Part shown: piece by piece, positions 8,562 to 17,690 of the stretch
Layout: each line of letters starts with the position of its first letter
How positions within the stretch are numbered: position 1 is the stretch's first letter
DNA from: Syntrophales bacterium
GTDB taxonomy: Bacteria > Desulfobacterota > Syntrophia > Syntrophales > UBA2185
Length of the DNA stretch: 64,000 nt
NCBI GenBank assembly: GCA_049512055.1
Contig: JBEKXK010000001.1
Location: 28,680-92,679, forward strand
Direction of reading: 5' to 3'
The notes under the pieces: model-generated
The model's input: the letters and a program-made list of their open reading frames with translations, nothing else
What the model was told of the DNA's origin: nothing
Databases searched by the model: none
Translations under genes and position numbers: made by a program

Positions 8562-9288
8562 AAGGTTTGTAAACCTCAAGAATTTTCAGCAGACACTCGG
8601 CTACCGCTTCAGCAAGATCGACCTGCTTGATAACGCTCTGATACACCGCTCTTTTGTTAATGAGAACCCGGCGCCCTCCCGCTCAGACAATGAGAGGCTC
8701 GAATTTCTAGGGGACGCTGTTATCGGGCTCTGTCTCAGCTATCTATTGATAAGGAAATTCCCCGACTACGCCGAGGGTCAACTCTCCAAGCTCAGGGCCT
8801 ATGTTGTGAACGAACAATCACTCGCCGGTCTTGCCCGGAAGATTAACATCGGAGATCATATCCTCCTCGGAAGGGGAGAAGAAGGTTCAGGGGGAAGAAC
8901 CAAGGCATCCATTCTTTCGAACGCCTTCGAAGCGGTTGCAGCTGCTATATATCTCGATTGCGGATTTGAGAAGACATACAAATTCTTGGAAAATATTTTT
9001 GAGCCCATAGTTGAGGAAGGAATAAAAAGTGTAATCTATAAAGATTATAAAACGGCGCTCCAGGAAATCTGCCAGAACCGCTTTAAAGAGACGCCGAGAT
9101 ACATACTGATCAATGAAACCGGTCCCGACCATGATAAAGTTTTTGAAATAAGCCTGACTATAGCAGGCAAGATCACGGCCACAGGCACTGGCAAGAGCAA
9201 GAAGGAAGCGGAGCAGCGGGCGGCCCGGAGGGCATTGGAGGAATTTGCAGAACTGCCGGATACTTCCTCTCCCTCAAATGGTGAGTGA
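8551..9288 (+). CDS. rnc: ribonuclease III
   Basis: Signature 'ERLEFLGDAV', a second catalytic box 'SNAFEAVAAAIYLD' and a C-terminal dsRBD ('GPDHDKVFEI...GKSKKEAEQRAA'). Confidence 0.95.
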   Translation: MTDERFVNLKNFQQTLGYRFSKIDLLDNALIHRSFVNENPAPSRSDNERLEFLGDAVIGLCLSYLLIRKFPDYAEGQLSKLRAYVVNEQSLAGLARKINIGDHILLGRGEEGSGGRTKASILSNAFEAVAAAIYLDCGFEKTYKFLENIFEPIVEEGIKSVIYKDYKTALQEICQNRFKETPRYILINETGPDHDKVFEISLTIAGKITATGTGKSKKEAEQRAARRALEEFAELPDTSSPSNGE

Positions 9289-9304
9289 GGCTGAATAGCT
9301 ATAG

Positions 9305-10357
9305 GTGAAACAGATGATTATCCCTTTTTTTATCGTTTATCAAGGTTGTCCGAACCGCTGCATTTACTGCAACATACATAAGACTGCCGGTAACTTTTCT
9401 GAAAGGATTACGGAAGATTCTTTTCGGAGAACGGTTCAAAAATATCTCAATCACCCGAAGAAAAAGGGGAATGGCGCTGAGATCGCATTTTACGGCGGCA
9501 ATTTTACGGGCATGGCGAAAGACAGCCAGACCGAATTACTCGGTTTTGCCGGTCCGTTCATAGAAAAAGGGTTGGTGCATGGTGTGAGGATATCCACAAG
9601 ACCGGACAGCATAGATAACGAAAGCCTGAATCTGATGAAGCGATGCGGCGTAACGACTGTTGAAATCGGTGCACAATCCATGGTGGATGAAGTGCTCCAC
9701 CTTTCCAACAGAGGGCATGGAGCGTCGGATGTGTCTGCCGCCATGGAGATGCTGAAGGAAGGAGGGTTCAAAACGGGTATACACCTCATGGTAGGTCTTC
9801 CGGGAGACAGTCAGCCGGGATTTGAATATACGATTGCACAGACTATTGCCCTCAAGCCGGACATGGTCAGGATTCATCCCACGATAGTCCTTCAAGATAC
9901 CGGCCTGGCAGAGCTCTTCTTAGACGGAACTTATCATCCGCTCAGCATGTCTCACGCCATTGAAATGTGCAAGTATGCTTTGCGAAGATTTGAAGAAGCC
10001 GGCATCGCTGTGATCCGTGTCGGTTTGCAGACAACACGGGAAATGGAGACGGCGGGAAGCATACTCGCCGGCCCCTATCATCCGGCATTCCGTTCACTCG
10101 TCGAGGAATCCATGTTTTTCGATATGGCAGCGGCAATGCTTGCTGGAGGACAACTGGGTAAACAAGAAGTGATTTTTTCGCTCTCTCCCAAGGACATCTC
10201 ATGCTTCCTCGGCCACAAGAATAAAAATATGCACACACTGAAAGAGATCTTCGGCCTCACAAAAATAGACCTATCCGTTGACCCTGTCCAGGAAAGAGGA
10301 ACTCTTACGATGATCGCCGATGGCAGGAAATCAATGACAGAAAGGTTCCGCCATTAA
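9305..10357 (+). CDS. radical SAM protein (Elp3/MiaB-like core, no recognisable accessory domain)
   Basis: 'CPNRCIYC' CxxxCxxC box near the N-terminus. Sits between rnc and era. Confidence 0.8.
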   Translation: MKQMIIPFFIVYQGCPNRCIYCNIHKTAGNFSERITEDSFRRTVQKYLNHPKKKGNGAEIAFYGGNFTGMAKDSQTELLGFAGPFIEKGLVHGVRISTRPDSIDNESLNLMKRCGVTTVEIGAQSMVDEVLHLSNRGHGASDVSAAMEMLKEGGFKTGIHLMVGLPGDSQPGFEYTIAQTIALKPDMVRIHPTIVLQDTGLAELFLDGTYHPLSMSHAIEMCKYALRRFEEAGIAVIRVGLQTTREMETAGSILAGPYHPAFRSLVEESMFFDMAAAMLAGGQLGKQEVIFSLSPKDISCFLGHKNKNMHTLKEIFGLTKIDLSVDPVQERGTLTMIADGRKSMTERFRH

Positions 10358-10429
10358 TAGTATTATTGGTTGAGACGGCAGTTACAATTATCACTCAGTA
10401 AAACGACTAGCTCGACGGAGAAATCGCAG

Positions 10430-11323
10430 ATGTTCAAGTCCGGTTTTACAGGCATCATTGGCAGACCGAATGTGGGAAAGTCAACGCTTCTGAACAGGAT
10501 TATGGGTGAAAAGATAGCCATAACCAGCCATAAGCCGCAGACCACGAGAAACAGGATCACAGGCATCAAGAATGTTGAAAACGGCCAATTGATATTCGTC
10601 GATACGCCGGGCATTCACAGGGCAACGACACCGTTAAATGAATTCATGGTGGCTGCAGCGAAGGATGCCTTCAGAAGCGCTAATATCATCCTTCTGGTTG
10701 TAGAGGCCGCAGAAGGCGTTCACAGGGACGATGAGCTCATTATTGAATCTCTCCAAAACACCGGACTGCCTGTCATACTGCTTATCAACAAGATCGACCT
10801 TGTCCGGAGGAAAAATATCCTTCCGGTCATAGATCAGTTCCAGCGCCTCTTTTCTTTTTCCGAAATTATCCCCGTCTCCGCCCTCACCGGTGATGGGCTT
10901 TCCGCTCTGATGGAGCAAATATGGAAGCTTTTGCCCGAAGGTCCGCGGTACTTCCCCGATGATATGATGACAGACAGGACCGAGCGTTTTATCGCGGCAG
11001 AGATCATCAGGGAAAAAATTATCATGCTGACCCATCAGGAAATACCTTATGCGACGGCCGTTGTCGTAGATTCGTTCAAAGAAGATGAAGATAAGAATCT
11101 GCTCGTCATCCAGGCAACAATCAATGTGGAGAAGAATTCTCAGAAAGGCATACTCATAGGCAAGAAAGGTTCCATGCTCAAAGAAATCGGCAAACGGGCA
11201 AGACAGGACATGGAGAAATTCTTTGCCACCAGGATTTACCTGGAGTTGTTCGTCAGGGTAAGAAAAGACTGGACCCACGATGCAGGAATGCTCAGAGAAT
11301 TCGGGTATGCAGAAAAAACATGA
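10430..11323 (+). CDS. era: GTPase Era
   Basis: G1 'GRPNVGKST', 'DTPG', 'NKID' and a C-terminal KH domain ('KGILIGKKGSMLKEIG'). Start moved to ATG 10430 (GGAG upstream). Confidence 0.95.
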   Translation: MFKSGFTGIIGRPNVGKSTLLNRIMGEKIAITSHKPQTTRNRITGIKNVENGQLIFVDTPGIHRATTPLNEFMVAAAKDAFRSANIILLVVEAAEGVHRDDELIIESLQNTGLPVILLINKIDLVRRKNILPVIDQFQRLFSFSEIIPVSALTGDGLSALMEQIWKLLPEGPRYFPDDMMTDRTERFIAAEIIREKIIMLTHQEIPYATAVVVDSFKEDEDKNLLVIQATINVEKNSQKGILIGKKGSMLKEIGKRARQDMEKFFATRIYLELFVRVRKDWTHDAGMLREFGYAEKT

Positions 11324-11351
11324 AAACGGTAATGGATGAGGTAAAAGTCAG

Positions 11352-12680
11352 GTGAAACCCATAATCGCTATAATCGGCAGGCCCAACGTAGGAAAATCGA
11401 CGTTTTTCAATCGCCTGTCTCATAAGAAAAAGGCCATCGTTATCGATGAGCCCGGCGCTACGAGAGACCGAAACTATGCGGATGCCACATGGTATGGTAA
11501 GGATTTTATCCTTATCGACACCGGCGGATTTGAGCCGGCTTCCGCGGAAACAATCTTGGTACAGATGAGAGAGCAGGCGCATCTGGCAATGCAGGAGGCA
11601 GACATCATTATCTTCCTCATGGACGGCAGGGAAGGTTTGACCCCGTCGGACAGAGAAATCATGAATATCCTGAGGGGGGTCGAAAAACCGGTATTCTTCG
11701 CCATCAATAAAATAGACGGTCCCAAACAGGAGACCCAGACCTATGAGTTCTATGAACTGGGAATTGATATGATTTACAGCATCTCCGCGCAGCACGGACT
11801 CGGCATTCATGAACTCATGGAGGATGTGGCTTTGCATATTGCAGCTCCCGCCGAAGAAGTCCCAGTGGGAGAAAAGCGGATCAAAATAGCCGTGATCGGA
11901 AAACCGAATGTCGGAAAATCCTCGCTCGTTAATAAAATCCTTGGATACGAAAGAACTATAGTCAACCCGATCCCTGGCACCACGAGAGATGCCATAGATA
12001 CACCCTTCGAATTGAACGAAAAGAAATATCTGCTCGTTGACACGGCAGGTATCAGGCGAAAAAGCAGGGTCAGCCACGTCCTTGAGAAATACAGCATTGT
12101 CCAGGCCCTTAAGGCCATAAACCGCTGTGACATAGCTTTGCTCGTCATCGATGCCGAGGAGGGAATGACCGAACAGGATGCCAAGATCGCGGGATTGACC
12201 GTAGAAAAAGGAGTTGCCTGCATCATTGTTGTGAACAAGTGGGACGTTATAGATAAAGACAACTCTACTGTGGGAAACTATGTCAGAGACATCAAAGAGA
12301 CGACCAAGTTCATGGATTATGCACCGATCGTCTTTGTGTCAGCCCTCACCGGGCAGAGGGTGTCCAAGATATTTGACGTTATTGAGACTCTCTTGATCCA
12401 GTACACAAAACGGGTAAGTACCGCCGAGATTAATCGACTTGTCAGGGAGATACTCGCGTCAAACCCTCCGGCCCGGCATCAGAACAGGGCAAATTCGTTC
12501 AGCTATGTAACCCAGGTATCCTCCGCCCCACCCACATTTGTCTTCTTTGTCCGTGAACCCCGCGCCATTCATTTTTCGTACAGGCGCTTTTTGACCAACC
12601 GGATCAGAGAGGCATTCGGGTTTGATCAATCGCCAATCAGGGTTATATTCAGAAAAAAAAACAGGTCAGCGGAAGAGTGA
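11352..12680 (+). CDS. der: ribosome-associated GTPase Der (EngA)
   Basis: Two tandem G domains ('GRPNVGKST' and 'GKPNVGKSS') plus a KH-like C-terminus. GTG start. Confidence 0.95.
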   Translation: MKPIIAIIGRPNVGKSTFFNRLSHKKKAIVIDEPGATRDRNYADATWYGKDFILIDTGGFEPASAETILVQMREQAHLAMQEADIIIFLMDGREGLTPSDREIMNILRGVEKPVFFAINKIDGPKQETQTYEFYELGIDMIYSISAQHGLGIHELMEDVALHIAAPAEEVPVGEKRIKIAVIGKPNVGKSSLVNKILGYERTIVNPIPGTTRDAIDTPFELNEKKYLLVDTAGIRRKSRVSHVLEKYSIVQALKAINRCDIALLVIDAEEGMTEQDAKIAGLTVEKGVACIIVVNKWDVIDKDNSTVGNYVRDIKETTKFMDYAPIVFVSALTGQRVSKIFDVIETLLIQYTKRVSTAEINRLVREILASNPPARHQNRANSFSYVTQVSSAPPTFVFFVREPRAIHFSYRRFLTNRIREAFGFDQSPIRVIFRKKNRSAEE

Positions 12681-12694
12681 CAGGCATGAAAAAA

Positions 12695-12740
12695 GGGACC
12701 TCTATGAATTTAATGTTCACAGAGATCCCTTTCTGTCTTC
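12695..12740. terminator. putative bidirectional intrinsic terminator between convergent der and the ferritin-like gene
   Basis: GGGACCTCT (12695-12703) pairs with AGAGATCCC (12721-12729) at 8 of 9 positions, with a 17-nt loop. An A-run precedes it and a T-rich tract follows. Confidence 0.4.
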
Positions 12741-12787
12741 TATTCTTATTCGCTTGAAAACCTGCAGCAGATGAATCGCTTCGCCGA

Positions 12788-13312
12788 TCAGGCGCCATCC
12801 AAACCCGTGTTCTCCTTCTTTCTGAACCAGGAGACAGGATCGGTCAGGAATTCCTCCGTCTCTTTGAGAGACACGTAGTGTTCGTGTTCTATATTGGCAA
12901 GAAGATTAAAAAATGCCTTTTCCTTTGGGTCGGATACTTGTTCACGGAGATTTGCATAATATTCCGCCCCCTTCCCCTCAAATTCTATTGCTACGCGGAT
13001 GGCTTTGAGGTCATCGGCATCACCCTTGACCGTTTTCGGCGCCTTCTGCGCCGCATCTTTCAAGACGCTCTTGATAACCGTATCTTTAACCTTGAGGGGG
13101 ACAGTTTCGGGCCATTTCTTATCCTTTTCCCAGTTCGCGTGCAGCTGTTTCAGTCTTTCATAATGCTCCAGTTCTTCGCCGCCTATCTGCTCAAACATGG
13201 CCTTGCCAACCGGATTTTTGGTCCTCTCGGCGTTCTTAATATAGAACTCGTGTTCCTTCATCTCGTTGTTGAGGGCAACCTGCAGTGCATTCAGTCTTTC
13301 TTTCATAATCAA
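12788..13312 (-). CDS. ferritin-like diiron protein (rubrerythrin family, no rubredoxin domain)
   Basis: Repeated E..H metal boxes: 'EMKEHEFY', 'EELEHYERL', 'IEFEGKGAEYY' and 'IEHEHYVSL'. Confidence 0.7.
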   Translation of the reverse strand: MIMKERLNALQVALNNEMKEHEFYIKNAERTKNPVGKAMFEQIGGEELEHYERLKQLHANWEKDKKWPETVPLKVKDTVIKSVLKDAAQKAPKTVKGDADDLKAIRVAIEFEGKGAEYYANLREQVSDPKEKAFFNLLANIEHEHYVSLKETEEFLTDPVSWFRKKENTGLDGA

Positions 13313-13452
13313 TCTCCTTATTGAAGTTCAGGTTCTGTAGTTTAATTGCATTATGATTCCTTACCTAAATTTTATTAGTGCAAAATCTAAATGTCAAGAC
13401 CGAAAGCAGAGGCTCAGAAGAAATGTTAACCGGCCCTGCTGAGGATAAATGA

Positions 13453-15051
13453 TCAAGAATCTTTAAGCTCATCGACATATTCCGCAACATTCTGGCAAAG
13501 ATCGGATATTCTTTCGAGATGCATTAACATTTCTACAAAGATGGGACCGGCCTCAGCCTGACAGATCCCTTCATAATATCGCACGAGATGCCTTTCTCGT
13601 GCCTCCTTCACCCTCGCGTCAATATCTTCCTCGCGCAGGGAAATATTCGTTATTTTTTCCAAATTGCGCTCTCCGATCAGAGACACGGCATCGCGAAGGT
13701 TTTCCGTTGCCTGCCGCTCAATTTCTGCCAGCTCCTTTTTGCCCATTTCTGTAAAACTTACCTCCGCTTGATGCTTATTACTCGCCAGCTTTGCCAGTAT
13801 GACGGCATGATCCCCGATCCTTTCAATGTCGTTTGCCATGGCCGTATATGTAAAGAGTTTCCGTGACAATGCCGGTGACAATTGCTGACAGGATATCTTG
13901 CGTAAGAAATTGACGATCTCGCGCCGCAAGACGTCGACAACAAGTTCGACATATATGATATTTTGCCTTTTCCATTCTTTGTAATCCTTCGTCAACTGTA
14001 GGCTCTCGGTTAGTATCTTTTGTACGACGACAATCTCACGCTGCAGTTCTTTTCTTACGCATATCAGAGCCTCTTTGGGATCTACAAGATGCCTGTCATC
14101 GAGGAATTCCGGCCATAACGGCAGGATATCCTCTTGGCCGGGTATGATCTTTTCAATCAATCTGGCAAACGGTTTGAGAAAAAAAATGAAAATGGCGACA
14201 ATGAAAAGATTAAACAAGAGATGACCGACGACGATCTGCTGCGCCACATTTGAAGAAATACTTTTCAAAGATAGAATCAGCCATGGAAGGGCAAGCATGC
14301 AGGCAACAGCGCCGAAACATTTAAAGAAGAGGTGGGAAACAGCGCTTCTCTTGCCGCTGATGTTCGCGACCGCGCTTGCCATAAGAGCGGTGACGGTTGT
14401 CCCCACATTAGCCCCGAAAACAACAGGAAGTGCGTTTTCAATGGTGATAAGATCCTGTTGCGCCAGAATGGCGAGAATGCTGATAGGAATGACTGAGGCT
14501 TGTACTATTCCTGTAAAAATAATACCAACCCCAAGACCCAAGAGCGGATTTTTTGTTTCCCGAAAAAAGCGGATGACCGCCTGATTATCTTTCAATGGCG
14601 CCGTGGTCATCGCCACCAGGCTTAATCCAAAAAACAAAAGGCCGAAATAGAAGATGGCCTCGCCCGCATCCTTCCATTTTGCCTTTCCCGTAAGCCAGAA
14701 AATGCCGCCTGAGACAATAATAAGGGGAGAAATATCGGCAATTTTCCAGACGACCAGTTGAACAGTGAGTACAGTACCGATGTCCGCACCCAGAATGATG
14801 CCGAGGGAATGGTAAAAGGTCATCAACCCCGCGCTCACCATGCCAACGGTCAGGAGTGTCGTCGCCCCGCTGCTCTGAAACAGCATTGTTGTTACTATGC
14901 CGGTCAACAGTCCGTAAACCGGTCTTCTCACCGAATACTTGATATATTCTCTGATGCGCGAAGTAAAAAGTTGCTGCACCTCGGCGCTCAATTTTCTCAT
15001 GCCGAATAAAAACAAAACGAGACCAGATGCAAAAATCAATACTTCTTTCAT
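13453..15051 (-). CDS. Na+/phosphate cotransporter family protein with C-terminal PhoU-like domains
   Basis: Polytopic N-terminal half with duplicated Na/Pi-cotransporter repeats ('GANVGTTVTA', 'GADIGTVLT'). Soluble helical C-terminal half with 'IERIGDHA' and 'LERISDLC' PhoU-type boxes. Confidence 0.85.
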   Translation of the reverse strand: MKEVLIFASGLVLFLFGMRKLSAEVQQLFTSRIREYIKYSVRRPVYGLLTGIVTTMLFQSSGATTLLTVGMVSAGLMTFYHSLGIILGADIGTVLTVQLVVWKIADISPLIIVSGGIFWLTGKAKWKDAGEAIFYFGLLFFGLSLVAMTTAPLKDNQAVIRFFRETKNPLLGLGVGIIFTGIVQASVIPISILAILAQQDLITIENALPVVFGANVGTTVTALMASAVANISGKRSAVSHLFFKCFGAVACMLALPWLILSLKSISSNVAQQIVVGHLLFNLFIVAIFIFFLKPFARLIEKIIPGQEDILPLWPEFLDDRHLVDPKEALICVRKELQREIVVVQKILTESLQLTKDYKEWKRQNIIYVELVVDVLRREIVNFLRKISCQQLSPALSRKLFTYTAMANDIERIGDHAVILAKLASNKHQAEVSFTEMGKKELAEIERQATENLRDAVSLIGERNLEKITNISLREEDIDARVKEARERHLVRYYEGICQAEAGPIFVEMLMHLERISDLCQNVAEYVDELKDS

Positions 15052-15131
15052 GGCAGGTATTTTCCCTTATTTAGGAAACTGAATCCCCTATAGTCTACTG
15101 TACAACCCATCTTGCGCCTTCAACAAAATCT

Positions 15132-15938
15132 CTAGTACCGGCCAGGAAAATCCGGTTTCCGCTTTTCCTTCTGGGCAAGGATGCCTTCACGTGCGTCCTT
15201 ACTGCCGAATACGGGCATGCCGATCTCCAGTTCCCTTTTGAAGGCATCGCTGTAGGACATATCCTGCGATTCGCGGAAGCATCTGATTATGCCTTGAACG
15301 GCAAGGGGACCGTTACTCGCAATTCTGTCCCCTAATTCCATAGATCTCTTCATCAGGTCTTCATGTGACACCACGTGATTGAGGAAACCCCATTCATGGA
15401 GAGTTCTCGCGCGGAAGTTGCCCGCTGTCAGAAGGATTTCAAGTGCACGGCAGGGTGACAGATGCCGGGGGAGATAAACGTTTGAACCACCGACCGGCAT
15501 GATCCCCAGACTGGCTTCTCTCATCTGAAAAACTGCATTTTCCGAGGCAATGCGAAGATCGGCTCCCATGATCATCTCAAAGCCCCCTGTCAGACAGTAA
15601 CCGTTGATGGCAGCAATTACGGGCTTCTTCACAATGTTCGGCTTCAGCATGGCCTCCCCGACATGTGGTCCCACCTGTACCAGCCAACGCTCTGATTCGC
15701 TCCTAGGCTCCCTCGCCCTTGTGAGCACAGGTATGGCCGTTTTCAAATCCATACCGGAGCAAAAGATGTCCGGCAGGCAGGAATAGAGAATAACTACGCG
15801 CACCATGTCGTCCTCATTGACATCCGTCCATGCACGATGCAAGTCCATCAGGATTTCTGGATCAAGGGCGTTCTTTTCCTCGGGACGATTTAGACCTACT
15901 TTTGCGATATGCCCTTCTTTTTCATAGACTAATCCCAT
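15132..15938 (-). CDS. enoyl-CoA hydratase/isomerase (crotonase) family protein
   Basis: 'VGLNRPEEKNAL', 'FCSGMDL' and 'INGYCLTGGFEMIMGADLRIAS'. Start moved to ATG 15938 (AAGGAG upstream). The 50-codon N-terminal extension in the track is non-homologous. Confidence 0.85.
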   Translation of the reverse strand: MGLVYEKEGHIAKVGLNRPEEKNALDPEILMDLHRAWTDVNEDDMVRVVILYSCLPDIFCSGMDLKTAIPVLTRAREPRSESERWLVQVGPHVGEAMLKPNIVKKPVIAAINGYCLTGGFEMIMGADLRIASENAVFQMREASLGIMPVGGSNVYLPRHLSPCRALEILLTAGNFRARTLHEWGFLNHVVSHEDLMKRSMELGDRIASNGPLAVQGIIRCFRESQDMSYSDAFKRELEIGMPVFGSKDAREGILAQKEKRKPDFPGRY

Positions 15939-16430
15939 AGGGTTCTCCTTTCGAGGCACCATTAGAAGTGAATAGCAGGGCATAACGACTTGCCCCTCAA
16001 TATTGGAAGTATTTGCCAGAGACGCGGCTTGAAGATTAAGCCCCCGCCGATTTGCTGCGAGACAGCAGAACATAGAAGTACTTATCAAATTTACCGGTCA
16101 ACCTCAAGACGAATGTTCTTTGCTTTCCTGACCTTCGATGAAGGGCTCTTCCGCGATCCAAGCGACCCATTCAAGGGGTGGGCATTATGTTCTCTATGAC
16201 TGAGAAGGCATTTGTAGCCTGTAACTTCTTCCATATTTATGATATCTACATCAAAAACCAACTCACCGCACCACGTGGAGCGGACATCTCTACAGTAGCT
16301 ATCCGGGATAAATATCCTTCCACAGATTATTGAAGAACGTGCCGGATAAAAAATGAGCGAAGCACATATCTAAATTATTCAGCATTACCCGTCATCATTC
16401 GGTCTCACTGACAGGAGGAGCGGTCAGAAA

Positions 16431-17287
16431 ATGGACGCCGAAACAGTAAACCAGATAATCTTAGATATTGAAGATAAGATACTCAACAATGTTAACCTCG
16501 GTTTTAACCCGGACGTGCTTGCTGTGCTCAGCGATCCGGACGCGAACGAGAGTGAAATTGAGCTTTTGAAATCAAAGATGGGAGATGAAATCCTGGTAAG
16601 GCTTTTCATTATAGCCAACTACGCCTATTACAGGCATCTGAAAAGGGGAACTGTCGACACATTCTACAAGGTTGTTTCCAGGCTGGGCATGGACTTTGCC
16701 CGGGTTCTCATAATATTCTTATCGTTTGCAACTCTATCAAAGGACAAGGAAGTGAGAATTATTTGCGCAAAAAGTTTTGCAACTTCCATAATCGGGGGCA
16801 GGATTCTCGCGAAAGAATTCGGCCTGAGGGACGATGATACAAGAAGAGTGGAGATAAGGGGCTTCTCCTCGAAATCGGTAAGATCATCATCGCCCTGTAC
16901 AGGTCGCTATATGAAGATGAGTATGAACAAGCGCAAATAGGATAATATTTTATCTCTCAGAATCAATCACATCTCGGCATGAAATTTATGGAAAAATTTG
17001 GCTTACCGGAATTCCTGAAGGATGTAATTTCCGCCACGTGCCTCACGCTTGAGGCGGAGCTTATTTCTCTATCCGGCATAGTCATTGCGGCCTACAGCAT
17101 CGTAGACCTGAGCTTCAGAAGATTTGATAACAAACTCGTTTTGTCCTCACCCATGCCTGATCCGGAGGGAATGATCGTGCATACGATGGGCGCAACCATC
17201 GAAGAGATATTCAAAGCAGTCGGGCTCGGAGGTTATATCGAGATTAAGAAACCGCCAGAGCCAAAGCATAAGTTGTCTCAAGAATGA
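16431..17287 (+). pseudogene. HDOD-domain signalling protein gene, disrupted by one frameshift and one in-frame stop
   Basis: ORF 16431..16940 carries the HDOD N-terminal part and has a strong AGGAGG RBS. The hallmark 'GLLLEIGKIIIALY' is readable only in the +2 frame, beginning just after the G4 run at 16858-16861. That frame hits TAA at 16943-16945, then continues in frame as 'SQNQSHLGMKFMEKFGLPEF...' (ORF 16979..17287). Confidence 0.6.
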
Positions 17288-17411
17288 CAAATATTCGAGC
17301 AATACCATACCATTGACGATATTCCTCAGGTGATTGAAGCTCTCCGCAGCAAGCCACGGGGAATGCGCTCGCTACCGAATTCAAAAGCCACTGTCTCTGC
17401 TCATATAAAAT

Positions 17412-17439
17412 TTGACATGGAAGAAGCATTTAGTATATA
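17412..17439 (+). promoter_or_regulatory. putative sigma70-type promoter (TTGACA-16-TATATA)
   Basis: TTGACA at 17412-17417, 16-nt spacer, TATATA at 17434-17439. Lies about 250 nt upstream of the PilZ-protein ATG. Confidence 0.4.
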
Positions 17440-17690
17440 AATAGATACTAATTTTTATCCTAGGGAAGGAAGGGCAGCGCTTCCGGATCAATATAAAGTG
17501 GTCTTTTCCGATCCGGCATCTCCTCCTCTGTCTTGCGGAAATCGCATTTCTGCCTTCTATGCTGTATTTGCTTTCAAATCCTTATGGCCGAATACGCTTT
17601 TTGGGAAAAGCGGCATCCTGAACATTCCTCGACAACACGGTGTAACTGCCGCAAATTTGTTATGTCGAAAAAATTGTAGGCCTTCGATAA

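Noticed and set aside
16089-16430. Open minus-strand stretch reading '...GRIFIPDSYCRDVRSTWCGELVFDVDIINMEEVTGYK...' in the spacer upstream of the crotonase gene
   Set aside because: It has no start codon upstream of the internal Met, no RBS and no family recognised. It may be a gene relic, but the evidence is too thin to call.
17440-17690. Possible c-di-GMP riboswitch in the ~250-nt leader of the PilZ gene
   Set aside because: I could not find GEMM-type conserved boxes by eye. Only generic hairpins are present (CCGGATC-N20-GATCCGG and CGCTTTT-tggg-AAAAGCG). An Rfam scan would be needed; this is not supportable as it stands.
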